IMG/VR virus record: IMGVR_UViG_3300028260_000001
Span: 184,333-248,332 of that record
Source: a virus
Taxonomy: Duplodnaviria > Heunggongvirae > Uroviricota > Caudoviricetes
Length of the DNA stretch: 64,000 nucleotides
Direction: 5' to 3' (one strand)
Both the position numbers and the translations under genes were made by a program. Numbering within the stretch: the stretch's first letter is position 1; the number at the start of each line of letters is the position of its first letter. A model generated the notes under the pieces. It made no database searches and was not told the DNA's origin. It saw only the letters and a list, made by a program, of their open reading frames with translations. Below, piece by piece: positions 10,959 through 20,183 of this stretch.

Positions 10959-13808
10959 ATGAGTCTTAACTTCAATACCGAAAACTCGATTGCTTTCGAA
11001 CTCCTGGATATGAATGGTTCAGAGACTGTGCGTGCTGCGCAGTCTTTTGCTTTCGATGAACGGGCGAAGATCTGCTATGCCACACTAGACGGGGCTATTA
11101 ACCGATACGAACTGAAAGGTGGTGTTGGTCTACGTAGCCTAGATCGATCATTGATCAACGGTACAGCCGTAGGTCACCAAGGCTTAGCGATCGAATACCT
11201 ACCAACAGGTATCCGTCTATGGACTACGTCGAACGTAGACCGGCGTGCTGCTACCCGTATCGAATACCAAGCAGGTGTGGCAATTAACACAGGGGAAGAG
11301 TATCGACTGTTCCCTAACACCACGCACAAGAACTCCATTCAAACCACCCCGACAGTTAGCCTTGATAACAAATGGCTGGTTGCTCAGGGCATGAAAGCAG
11401 ATTCAACTACAACACTTGTACGTGTGTTCAACCTAGCTACATTAGTAGCAGGCGGACCTGGTAACTATACCAACGCATGGACCTATGAATTCGAAGTACC
11501 TGGCTTAACGGATGAAAACAATCCGATGCAGGGTATGGCGTGTTGTGGTAGTTATGTTTATCTGGTAGCTGGTGGTACTGGCGTTGATGCAACGGTAAAC
11601 AAACGACTACACGTTTACACGATCGATGGTTTGATGGTGGAGCAAGAGAACAACTTGCTTATTGGTAAAGACAAAGCTATGTCTGTACCTAACTACCGAG
11701 CCTGGGAACCAGAAGGCATGTCAATGCGTATTGGTGATGACGGTAAGTATTATCTCTACGTAGGGATCATGTATGCTTACCCAGATCGTCGGTATGACAT
11801 CTATCGATTGAACGCGCATCGTCCATACCCTTTACCAAAAGTGAGTATTCCAATGCCCGACAAACATTTAGGTGGATCTAAGTCCACACTCCGTTACGAC
11901 TTACAAGCTGTTAACGGTTCTACCATTACTCGGGGTGCTCAGGCATTCACGTTTGATGAAAGACAACGACACCTCTACATTTCTGAAGCAGGGGCGATCA
12001 ACCGCTATCCGATGGATGGTGGTATCAAAGTCAATCCAATCGATCAGACTTTGATTAATGGTGCAGCTATTGGCCACCAAGGACTAAGTACTGAATACCT
12101 AGCGTCAACGATTAAGCTCTGGACTACTTCTAGTGTTGTTGGTCGATCAGCAGCTCGATTTAGTTATACTCCGGGTGTTGCGATTGATACGGCAGAAGTA
12201 TTTGAACTGTTCCCTACGGGTACGTTTGCGAATAGCACGTCATGTACACCAACCGTCAGTTCGGATGGCAAGTATCTGATTGCCCATGGCATGCGCTTTG
12301 GTACAACTCGATCGGTAGTACGGGTATTCGATCTGGCTACATTAGTAGCAGGTGGTGCAGGTAATTACACGACACGTCATCTGTACGAATGGGAAACCGA
12401 TGATCTTTATGATCCATCTAACCCATTACAAGGTCTGGCTAGCGATGGTCGTTACGTGTACATGGTTGCTGGTGGTACTGGTTTCACACCAGACGTAAAC
12501 AAACGATTCCATATCTACGATCTGATCACTGGCGAACCTGTCTATAAAGACAACAACCTAAATGCTGGTCGTATTGCCGCTGCTATGGAAGCCACTGCTG
12601 TTCGGTATGAACCAGAAGGCTTAGCCATTGCTATCGGTCAAGATGGTCATCCGGAGTTGTTGGTAGGTATCCTATCAGGAGATCCTTCTAACCGTCGATT
12701 CCGTATGTATCAGCTGAATGAAGATCTGCCAGCGTATGTACCGAACCGTAAGACACAGATGACCTCTGGGCTAAACACATTTGCTGAGACTGTGAGTAAG
12801 AGCATTACTGTGCCGGTCAACAAAATGAACACGGTGTTGGTAACTGATGCTGACGGTAAGTTCGATGGTCGTCATATCTTCATGCCTTGCTCGATCGTAG
12901 AAAACGATACCGATCTGGAAACACAGAAAGGTGCAAGTGAAACGTTTGAATCCGTATTCAAATGGTGGAAACGAATCAGTCGTGGGGGTAGTACTTACAC
13001 TGACGAATTCAACCTAACTGAGTTGGATACATGGGCATACGACGCTAATACGGATTCCATTCGAAGCACGATCAACTCTGCATCGGTATTAGGTTTCGTG
13101 TCTCCTGAGAAATATGAAGACTACGTGTTTGAAGTACAGGTGTCTTCTACGGGTAACGACGATGACTTTGCTGGTGTCATTGCAGCTTATGCCTTGGACA
13201 AATCGGATAACACCACACACATCCTCACCGTACAACGTGCGGGTAATGGTCGTGCTCCATTAGTGATCGATAAAGACTTCAATGGATACAACATTGCTCG
13301 TTATCCAATCGATGCTGTTCTTGATGGATTGACGTGGACGAACGGTACAGTTGCTACTGGTCCTGGCGTTAACGGTGCGAACGGTTTGTGGCCTGCTGCT
13401 AACCCACTGGGTGCACGGATTAAAGTAACACGTCAGAAGAACATCCTCACCGTAGAGACTTCTCAATTCGGTAGCGATGTTTACTTCGAACCAGCTAAGC
13501 GTGTCATTGACTTGGCAGCTGATCCACAACTGGCGGTGTTCCTTGGACCACAGTCGTTTGGTTACACAGCTACCTCTCAGCCGAATGCTACATGGAAAGT
13601 ATTCCAACGACCAGAATCTCGTTTACCAATCATTGATGTTCGTGATTGGTCTAAATGGGTATTCGCTAATAACGCTTGGACGAAAGTCGCAAGTACTAAA
13701 GCTAACCTAATCGCTGAAGGACTACTGGCATTGGAGTGGACACACCACAACATGACAACCGGTAAGTTCTACTATGTCGATTCTGAATCGCGGGTATATC
13801 GACTGTGA
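10959..13808 (+). CDS. tail fibre / receptor-binding protein with two tandem beta-propeller-like repeats
   Basis: Internal duplication (AQSFAFDE/AQAFTFDE, GHQGL x2, MQG/LQG, WEPEG/YEPEG); C-terminal beta-sandwich-like domain; first gene of the fibre cassette. Confidence 0.7.
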   Translation: MSLNFNTENSIAFELLDMNGSETVRAAQSFAFDERAKICYATLDGAINRYELKGGVGLRSLDRSLINGTAVGHQGLAIEYLPTGIRLWTTSNVDRRAATRIEYQAGVAINTGEEYRLFPNTTHKNSIQTTPTVSLDNKWLVAQGMKADSTTTLVRVFNLATLVAGGPGNYTNAWTYEFEVPGLTDENNPMQGMACCGSYVYLVAGGTGVDATVNKRLHVYTIDGLMVEQENNLLIGKDKAMSVPNYRAWEPEGMSMRIGDDGKYYLYVGIMYAYPDRRYDIYRLNAHRPYPLPKVSIPMPDKHLGGSKSTLRYDLQAVNGSTITRGAQAFTFDERQRHLYISEAGAINRYPMDGGIKVNPIDQTLINGAAIGHQGLSTEYLASTIKLWTTSSVVGRSAARFSYTPGVAIDTAEVFELFPTGTFANSTSCTPTVSSDGKYLIAHGMRFGTTRSVVRVFDLATLVAGGAGNYTTRHLYEWETDDLYDPSNPLQGLASDGRYVYMVAGGTGFTPDVNKRFHIYDLITGEPVYKDNNLNAGRIAAAMEATAVRYEPEGLAIAIGQDGHPELLVGILSGDPSNRRFRMYQLNEDLPAYVPNRKTQMTSGLNTFAETVSKSITVPVNKMNTVLVTDADGKFDGRHIFMPCSIVENDTDLETQKGASETFESVFKWWKRISRGGSTYTDEFNLTELDTWAYDANTDSIRSTINSASVLGFVSPEKYEDYVFEVQVSSTGNDDDFAGVIAAYALDKSDNTTHILTVQRAGNGRAPLVIDKDFNGYNIARYPIDAVLDGLTWTNGTVATGPGVNGANGLWPAANPLGARIKVTRQKNILTVETSQFGSDVYFEPAKRVIDLAADPQLAVFLGPQSFGYTATSQPNATWKVFQRPESRLPIIDVRDWSKWVFANNAWTKVASTKANLIAEGLLALEWTHHNMTTGKFYYVDSESRVYRL

Positions 13809-14206
13809 GCATGACTAAACAAGAGATGATCGATTACTCGGTAGCGTGGTTAAAACGCGTTACCGATTTGATCTTAGCTGTTCCTAAAAGGACTGCTGTG
13901 TTCTCCACGGATACGAATCCAAAAGGCATGCAGTTCTATGCTGGGATGCCAATGAGTATCTTCAACCTCGCTACTACTGCCGCTGAAGCTACAACGCTTC
14001 AGGCAGGCACTGTGGACTACCTAGATACGCGTACGTCTACGTATTGGACCAAAGCTAGTGGTTCGTGGGTATCGACCCCATACGTGGGCGGAAGGGCCTT
14101 CCTGCGTAAATACACATTGGTACTTGGACGCAACAACGGTAAAGTCTTTCTGCATGGGGAACCTGGAGCATTACATGCAGTGGATACCACTATTCCAACT
14201 CCATAG
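13805..14206 (+). CDS. small tail-fibre-associated protein (paralog 1)
   Basis: 133 aa, N-terminal TKxxMxxY motif shared with the next two genes. Confidence 0.65.
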   Translation: MSMTKQEMIDYSVAWLKRVTDLILAVPKRTAVFSTDTNPKGMQFYAGMPMSIFNLATTAAEATTLQAGTVDYLDTRTSTYWTKASGSWVSTPYVGGRAFLRKYTLVLGRNNGKVFLHGEPGALHAVDTTIPTP

Positions 14207-14213
14207 GTGATTT

Positions 14214-14648
14214 ATGGCTACTAAGGCTTCAATGCTTTCATACATCAACGCTTTCATTACTCGGACGATTAACGCTTTCGCTAGATCGAAGGCGTATCGA
14301 GATCAAGTATTGTTCATTGATAACAATGAAGGCGTGTTTTCATTCAAACCGGAGTCTGCTGTTAGTATTCTCCAAATTGCAACAACTGCAAACGAAGTGG
14401 CAATAGCGAAACAATCATTAATCAACAACTACCCTAACGGTGGTAATGAACTGATTAATGCTTTCACTCGCCAAATCGAAACGTATGATCCAGATGCAGG
14501 GACATGGACAGCTACATCTACTGGATACTTTGATAAAATCCGTCAACGTCGAGTCTACTTCAGTTCGTGGAGCGGACGGGTTCATGTAGCTGACGGTTAT
14601 GGGGATCTGAAAAGATTCATGACCACAGGACTCACGCAAATTGGCTAA
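14214..14648 (+). CDS. small tail-fibre-associated protein (paralog 2)
   Basis: 144 aa, shares N-terminal motif and SIxxxATTAxE with 13805..14206. Confidence 0.65.
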   Translation: MATKASMLSYINAFITRTINAFARSKAYRDQVLFIDNNEGVFSFKPESAVSILQIATTANEVAIAKQSLINNYPNGGNELINAFTRQIETYDPDAGTWTATSTGYFDKIRQRRVYFSSWSGRVHVADGYGDLKRFMTTGLTQIG

Positions 14649-14657
14649 GGTGATAAA

Positions 14658-15020
14658 ATGGCTGCTATGACAAAAGAACAAATGCTTGGTTACATCCAGG
14701 CATGGTTCGATAAAATTGAAGAGGGAGGTGTCGGTGCTGGTGGACGATTCCGTTACATTACTGGCAGCGTGCCTGCTAACGGTAGCGTGGTTTATGATGC
14801 CCCTGGTATTATTGGATACACGTCAACTACTCACAACATCTATTCCGTAGGGGTTGAACTACGAATGGTTGATCCATTTGTTACCCCTAACCCACCTGTG
14901 ATTCTTGCAACTGCGGTATTGGACTTTGCTATTGCTGCGGATGGTAAGATCACTATCCGTAATAACCACACGGCTGCTGTAACGTACCACGCACGTATTA
15001 CAGAACCTGTTAAGAAGTGA
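14658..15020 (+). CDS. small virion/tail-associated protein (paralog 3)
   Basis: 120 aa, MTKEQMLGYIQAW N-terminus, beta-rich body. Confidence 0.65.
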   Translation: MAAMTKEQMLGYIQAWFDKIEEGGVGAGGRFRYITGSVPANGSVVYDAPGIIGYTSTTHNIYSVGVELRMVDPFVTPNPPVILATAVLDFAIAADGKITIRNNHTAAVTYHARITEPVKK

Positions 15021-15027
15021 GTGAACA

Positions 15028-16977
15028 ATGGCTGAGATTATTACAAGTCTAGATCCAGGGCAATACACTGGTGCACAGACTCTAACCGTTACATTCCCAG
15101 CCAATACCCGGAAGGCGATCATTACTCGTGATGATCGTTCTCCTGTGTTGACTGAGATCTTGGCATACGACCGAGGTTATATCCAACCCATTCCGTCTAA
15201 CCCTGATCCAGCTATTGGTGAAGGACCGATTGTAGATCGTCCATTCCTAGCAGTAACGCAAGACGGTCGTGGCAACGTTATCTACGATGGTGGTTTCCCT
15301 AAGTTCTATAACTCACACATCCGCGTAGCGAATGGTGGCACATACCCAGCTACATTGCCAACTACTTTAGCAGGTTTGGCTCCGGCTTGTCGGTATCTGT
15401 TAAACGCACTGTCATTTATCGCTAACCCACGGAAAGTTGCTCAAGGTAACCGTAAGATCTTGTTCCTGAACAACACCACACGAACAGGGCAATACAACAT
15501 CTTAAAGTCGCATTACAATCCTGATCCACAGCAGAACAATGCTGGCGATGATGGATTCCGCGATACGTTTGATGCGGTATGTAATATCGGTGGTTGGATT
15601 CCAACATACTTCGATGCTACTCACCAAGGGAATGCACCTATTGATGTTTCCCTGGCGACCATGGAACAATACAGTGCTATTGTTTTCCTAGCTAGCCGTG
15701 GCGAGAACCAGGCAGGTCAGCATTGGATCACCGCTAACTGTACTTCTAACATTGCTCAGTTCCGTGCAGCCGGTAGCGGTGTAGCCATCATTACTGACCA
15801 CTGTAGCGATAACTACAATAACCTACAAGATGCTATTGATCGCGGTGCTATTTTCGGTGGTGATGCAACTCAAGTAGCCCAGCATTTCGGTGCTTACTTT
15901 TCTGGTGACGTTGGACGAAGTTCTGTGTTGGTTAGTGAGATCCGTAGACAGATCGGTTTGCCAGGTCCACCTGCAGACCACCCACTATTGGCTGGCATGG
16001 CTGATTCGGATTACATCTTTGCTGGTGGGTCGGAATCTTTGATCGTACCAGAACTTTACCCAGCTGACCAAGTCAATCCAGATCAACCCTACACGCTCAA
16101 CATGTCTACTGCTGGCACTTACCGAGTTAACGTTTTGATTCAGTTGGATGACGGTACAATCATTACCCGTCCATTGAAGTACATCATCATTAACCCTAGT
16201 GACGTAAACCTACGGGACAGTTTCAATAACATCGTAGGTAATTCGTATAGCACGTACATGGGTAGCGTTGAATACAATGTGGATGGGACGTCGTCAACCC
16301 AAACGTTGTTAGGTAAGATCGAAGTAAATGGTGTATTGGCTGCTTTCTTCCGAGCTACTCCAAATGGCTCAGGTGGTTGGTCAACCGTGTACTATCCATT
16401 CGGTGGTGTAGGTTCAGCTGTTCCTATCAAATCGGGGCAGACCATGAAATTCACCATTACTGATCCGTTTGAATACACGATCAGTCGAGTGGTAACGATT
16501 CCTGATCCTGCACCATACTTGGCTGAGTCGGGTAGTATTCCGATGTTTGCTAAGAAACTCATTACTCATCCGTACTTCTCAGGTAAAACAGCTACTGTTG
16601 CTATTGCTGATATTCTGAACTTTGTTAGCAAGTACTACGCCAAAGCTAAAGACTTAGGTCTGGCTGCACAATCGCATTGGTGGCGAACGATGGGTAAAGC
16701 ACGGATTCCATTTACGACTGCTGAATTGAATCCGGCTAACCTACGTGTATACACCAACAACGCTGCTTGGGTTGCGGGTAAGCCTACATTCGGCAACATC
16801 GGTGATGCAGTAGTTATTGCTGATACCAACATCGTTCATTATTGGGATGACATTCCCATGGTGTGGCGACAACACACGGCTAAGGCAGATGTTATCCTTA
16901 CCCTAGGTCGTAAAGTGAATAACACACTTGATGGCACTAAGTGGGTAGTTAACGCTACAAACACTACCAAGGTATAA
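15028..16977 (+). CDS. putative tail fibre / virion structural protein
   Basis: 649 aa, Gly/Thr/Asn-rich beta composition, last gene of the fibre cassette before the terminator. Confidence 0.6.
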   Translation: MAEIITSLDPGQYTGAQTLTVTFPANTRKAIITRDDRSPVLTEILAYDRGYIQPIPSNPDPAIGEGPIVDRPFLAVTQDGRGNVIYDGGFPKFYNSHIRVANGGTYPATLPTTLAGLAPACRYLLNALSFIANPRKVAQGNRKILFLNNTTRTGQYNILKSHYNPDPQQNNAGDDGFRDTFDAVCNIGGWIPTYFDATHQGNAPIDVSLATMEQYSAIVFLASRGENQAGQHWITANCTSNIAQFRAAGSGVAIITDHCSDNYNNLQDAIDRGAIFGGDATQVAQHFGAYFSGDVGRSSVLVSEIRRQIGLPGPPADHPLLAGMADSDYIFAGGSESLIVPELYPADQVNPDQPYTLNMSTAGTYRVNVLIQLDDGTIITRPLKYIIINPSDVNLRDSFNNIVGNSYSTYMGSVEYNVDGTSSTQTLLGKIEVNGVLAAFFRATPNGSGGWSTVYYPFGGVGSAVPIKSGQTMKFTITDPFEYTISRVVTIPDPAPYLAESGSIPMFAKKLITHPYFSGKTATVAIADILNFVSKYYAKAKDLGLAAQSHWWRTMGKARIPFTTAELNPANLRVYTNNAAWVAGKPTFGNIGDAVVIADTNIVHYWDDIPMVWRQHTAKADVILTLGRKVNNTLDGTKWVVNATNTTKV

Positions 16978-16986
16978 CGGCATATT

Positions 16987-17006
16987 GCCTCTCCCTAGGG
17001 AGAGGT
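16987..17006. terminator. bidirectional hairpin terminator
   Basis: GCCTCTCCC-TA-GGGAGAGGT between convergent genes, TATG on both flanks. Confidence 0.8.
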
Positions 17007-17013
17007 ATTTATG

Positions 17014-17667
17014 TCATTTCAAACTGCGCTGTTGATCGAACAACAGAATCGTATTGTGGGTAAGCACAACATGGAACCGAGTCTTAGCTAGCGATGCCGT
17101 TAGCATGGCTACAGCAGTACGATGATCGATAATCTCTTCCGTAGCAGGTACTTCCGTATTACCGAGCTTAGCATTACCTTTCGAAGTAGGTCGTTGCCGC
17201 AGTCGCCACTTACGATCCGTACGAATGTTGTCTTGCTGTGCCTTACGGAACATCAATACTAATTCTTCAGCTAGTGAATCAATGTTCTCCAGCATAGCGT
17301 CAGCAGAGGTCAGGTGGAAAGCAACACGAGCTAATTCTACATGGGTAGAGTTATTGTCGATGACTTCACGCACAGATGGATCGAAGTCTAATGCACGCAG
17401 TACGATTGTAACTTGATCTTTGTTACGGAGAATCTCAACGGTACGGATAAAGTCAGTCATACCAAACTGACGTTCTACTGCTGTCATCTCATCAGCAATA
17501 GTGTCGAGTTCTTCTTGATCTGCTGGTCCCGAATGTCGAGAGAAAGCGAACATCAAATCAGCTAAGGTGGAATGTGGGTACGAGGTAGACATCAGTAACC
17601 GTAGCAAAGTCTCAGGACGATTCTTTCGGTTAGGTCGAGAGGTCATGCGGTTGTAGTTGTTAGACAT
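17014..17667 (-). CDS. hypothetical protein
   Basis: 217 aa ORF. Confidence 0.75.
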   Translation of the reverse strand: MSNNYNRMTSRPNRKNRPETLLRLLMSTSYPHSTLADLMFAFSRHSGPADQEELDTIADEMTAVERQFGMTDFIRTVEILRNKDQVTIVLRALDFDPSVREVIDNNSTHVELARVAFHLTSADAMLENIDSLAEELVLMFRKAQQDNIRTDRKWRLRQRPTSKGNAKLGNTEVPATEEIIDHRTAVAMLTASLAKTRFHVVLTHNTILLFDQQRSLK

Positions 17668-17685
17668 GGTAAGGTTCCATAGTGG

Positions 17686-18156
17686 TTAGTCCAACCCTTC
17701 CTTTTTCAGGAATGAGTCACGAATAGCACGCGCATCAAAAAGGGCGTTGTGTAAAATCTTTGACTTCTTAGCGGATAGATCTCGGTCGACAATAAATGTC
17801 AATGGTTGGATCTTAATCCAATCACCCTCGCCCAAGTCTAGAGCGCGGCTGAAGTATGCTGTGTCATTAATGTGGTCCGAATAGATCGTCATGCCTGGGA
17901 ACTGATCAACAAAAGTTTTCAGCTTGGCATTGAATTGCTCGGTTGTGATTGGTGCTTTCTGAAGGATTGGAATAACGTTCGCCTTTACCCACTCGTCTGT
18001 AACTAGAGAGTGCGGTAAGACTTCGTAGAACTCACGTTGTCCATCTTCACTTACCAGCCCAACAGAAATGAGAGTGCGAGTTGCATCTTCAAACTCGCAA
18101 TCGAGGAAAAAGTTCATGATTGTTTTCTCTTGATTGAATACATACCTATTGGGCAA
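17686..18156 (-). CDS. DEDDh-type 3'-5' exonuclease (Rv2179c-like)
   Basis: FFLDCEF, LISVGLV, FYEV, HNALFDARAI; start may be ATG 18117. Confidence 0.8.
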   Translation of the reverse strand: MPNRYVFNQEKTIMNFFLDCEFEDATRTLISVGLVSEDGQREFYEVLPHSLVTDEWVKANVIPILQKAPITTEQFNAKLKTFVDQFPGMTIYSDHINDTAYFSRALDLGEGDWIKIQPLTFIVDRDLSAKKSKILHNALFDARAIRDSFLKKEGLD

Positions 18157-18162
18157 AATAAA

Positions 18163-18180
18163 CCCTCCCCGAAGGGAGGG
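18163..18180 (-). terminator. hairpin terminator, UUCG loop
   Basis: CCCTCCC-TTCG-GGGAGGG after 18186..18668. Confidence 0.85.
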
Positions 18181-18185
18181 CTATT

Positions 18186-18668
18186 TCATTGTGCTAACAA
18201 ATTTTTAAGGATCTGACATCCCGCTAACACCTTGCCTCGAGTGCTACGTGTATAGATATTGTACTTCTCGCCAACTTTCTTAGGGTTGTTGCTGGCTAGC
18301 ATTTTATCTAAAACGTACTCGTCCATTTTGAGGTTGTTCAATACAAACAACGCTACCTCGTGGTCCCACTTACGACTCACCACCGTACTTGCACGAATGT
18401 ATCGAACTGCTAGATCGTGATCGAAACCAAGAGCTTTCAGCCAAGTCATTCGTCCTTCCATGTAGATAATGCGAGTCCTAGCATTTGATGGTACGGCAAC
18501 GATCAAACCACAACCTGGGTGGCGTGAGTCACCGATGGCGCGAAGGTTCCAATCGCCCAACATCCTCGGCATAACCGACATATCGTCTTGCCGACCATAA
18601 TAACCGATCCCGCAGCCCGTTTTGACCTGCGCATCAATTTCCTGAACCGTGTTATATGAGATTACCAT
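18186..18668 (-). CDS. hypothetical protein
   Basis: 160 aa ORF with strong AAGGAGG SD. Confidence 0.8.
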   Translation of the reverse strand: MVISYNTVQEIDAQVKTGCGIGYYGRQDDMSVMPRMLGDWNLRAIGDSRHPGCGLIVAVPSNARTRIIYMEGRMTWLKALGFDHDLAVRYIRASTVVSRKWDHEVALFVLNNLKMDEYVLDKMLASNNPKKVGEKYNIYTRSTRGKVLAGCQILKNLLAQ

Positions 18669-18750
18669 AACCCCCTCCTTATTGGGGATACTACTATGCT
18701 ACATGAGATTGAACAGGATTAACCAATCATGTAAATAGAAGGAGTCCTGT

Positions 18751-18966
18751 ATGATACCAAAACCCGAGTCATGGTTTAAAAGAAATCTACCTATGGTAGC
18801 AGCTACTGTCGCATTAATAGGTGGAGCTTTCGTAGTAAAGAATCTCTCAGATCAAATAGCTGATCTGGAAGAACGACTAAACAATTCTACTGAGTGGTTG
18901 TTAGATGAAGTCATTGCTGTCGGAGACGAAGTTAAAGATATTCGTGATGAACTAGACAATCAATGA
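18751..18966 (+). CDS. small membrane-anchored coiled-coil protein
   Basis: AAGGAG SD; hydrophobic MVAATVALIGGAFVV then acidic heptads. Confidence 0.7.
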   Translation: MIPKPESWFKRNLPMVAATVALIGGAFVVKNLSDQIADLEERLNNSTEWLLDEVIAVGDEVKDIRDELDNQ

Positions 18967-18985
18967 AAAAAAAAATAAGGTGAAT

Positions 18986-19005
18986 GCCAGCCCCGAAGGG
19001 CTGGC
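18986..19005. terminator. bidirectional hairpin terminator
   Basis: GCCAGCCC-CGAA-GGGCTGGC between convergent genes. Confidence 0.85.
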
Positions 19006-19014
19006 TTTATGTTG

Positions 19015-19383
19015 TTACAGTCGGCATTCTTTGAACCGCTCGAACAACACGTCGAGTTCTTTTGCTACCTCGGCTTTGATGTGATCCGAGTAATGCGATG
19101 CATTAAGTTCCACCAGGCACTGGCCGTAAACCACAGCCGAGATGCCTTCTTCCCACAGTTGCTGCTTGTTTTCTTTTTCATGCAGTACATCCATTGTGAG
19201 GGTCACAATGGCGTACTCGACCTTCTGATAGTAGCGACCATCCAGAAGGGCGATGATATCTTTTTCTTGCCGCTTAGCATTATTGAGCATCACCACATCT
19301 TTTTCCATATCCTTGATGCTTTTGATAGCGATGCCAACCACAACGCCAACAGCCAGGGTGAAACCGGTTTTGATGAACGACAT
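19015..19383 (-). CDS. hypothetical protein with N-terminal membrane anchor
   Basis: AAGGAG SD; GFTLAVGVVVGIAI segment. Confidence 0.75.
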   Translation of the reverse strand: MSFIKTGFTLAVGVVVGIAIKSIKDMEKDVVMLNNAKRQEKDIIALLDGRYYQKVEYAIVTLTMDVLHEKENKQQLWEEGISAVVYGQCLVELNASHYSDHIKAEVAKELDVLFERFKECRL

Positions 19384-19421
19384 GTGCAGCTCCTTAAATT
19401 CAGGGGGATGTATTCACGATT

Positions 19422-19429
19422 GTTATATA
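19422..19429 (-). promoter_or_regulatory. early promoter variant TATATAAC
   Basis: One mismatch to TATATTAC, 38 nt upstream of 19383, just downstream of a terminator. Confidence 0.55.
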
Positions 19430-19468
19430 GGGCTTTGATAGTTTTAAATAAAAGAAAATACGGCATAA

Positions 19469-19488
19469 GGCTCTCCCGAAGGAGAGCC
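19469..19488 (-). terminator. hairpin terminator, UUCG loop
   Basis: GGCTCTCC-TTCG-GGAGAGCC then TTATGCC. Confidence 0.85.
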
Positions 19489-19497
19489 ATTATATCG

Positions 19498-19800
19498 TTA
19501 CAACGCTCTGCGATGAGATTCGAAGTTATCTCGATGTTTATCGAGCAACTTTATTTGGTGATTAACCCATGGATCCAGTGAAATCGGATTAGGGTCCTTC
19601 GCTGTCACGTGTACGCACTCATCAGGGAATACCGGATTCGATGTACTGCCGTCTTCCCAGACAATGTGCAAAGACATTTCGAATTGGCGACCATATGCAC
19701 GTACGGAAATCTTTTCGATTGTTCCTTTCTTACCGTGCAATCTAGTCACCCAATTTTCTTCGGTCGACAACAACGGGAACGGTACTTCAGACAACTTCAT
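19498..19800 (-). CDS. hypothetical protein
   Basis: 100 aa ORF, AAGGAG SD. Confidence 0.7.
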   Translation of the reverse strand: MKLSEVPFPLLSTEENWVTRLHGKKGTIEKISVRAYGRQFEMSLHIVWEDGSTSNPVFPDECVHVTAKDPNPISLDPWVNHQIKLLDKHRDNFESHRRAL

Positions 19801-19809
19801 GCTTACTCC

Positions 19810-20175
19810 TTATTCAGCCAACAAAGGTAGTTCCATTGCCAACAGAACTACCCACAGGACTTTACAACCAATGTGCAGCAATTGATCAGTGTTAAAGCCA
19901 ATCTTTCCATCGCACTTGAGGTAATCGATTACTGAGTGACACACGAACTCAGCCACGGCCAACACAAAGGAACCTGTTACTACGTACACGGGCAGAGCAT
20001 GCATCAAGCCGTGTGATGGTAGTACCCACTTCCAGAACACTCGACCCAAATCAGTTGTGTGGTTTTTAGCAGTTGCAATGAAATCGTTTTGCATCGCATA
20101 ATCCGCAACAGCGTGACCGATGCACAACAAGAAGAAGAGTTCGAAGTAAGGGACTAGCGAGAGGAAGGTTTCCAT
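19810..20175 (-). CDS. DUF3307-like integral membrane protein
   Basis: GHAVADYAMQ, HGLMH, HSVIDYLK, DQLLH His/Asp pattern in hydrophobic helices. Confidence 0.8.
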   Translation of the reverse strand: METFLSLVPYFELFFLLCIGHAVADYAMQNDFIATAKNHTTDLGRVFWKWVLPSHGLMHALPVYVVTGSFVLAVAEFVCHSVIDYLKCDGKIGFNTDQLLHIGCKVLWVVLLAMELPLLAE

Positions 20176-20183
20176 TGTGGTAC

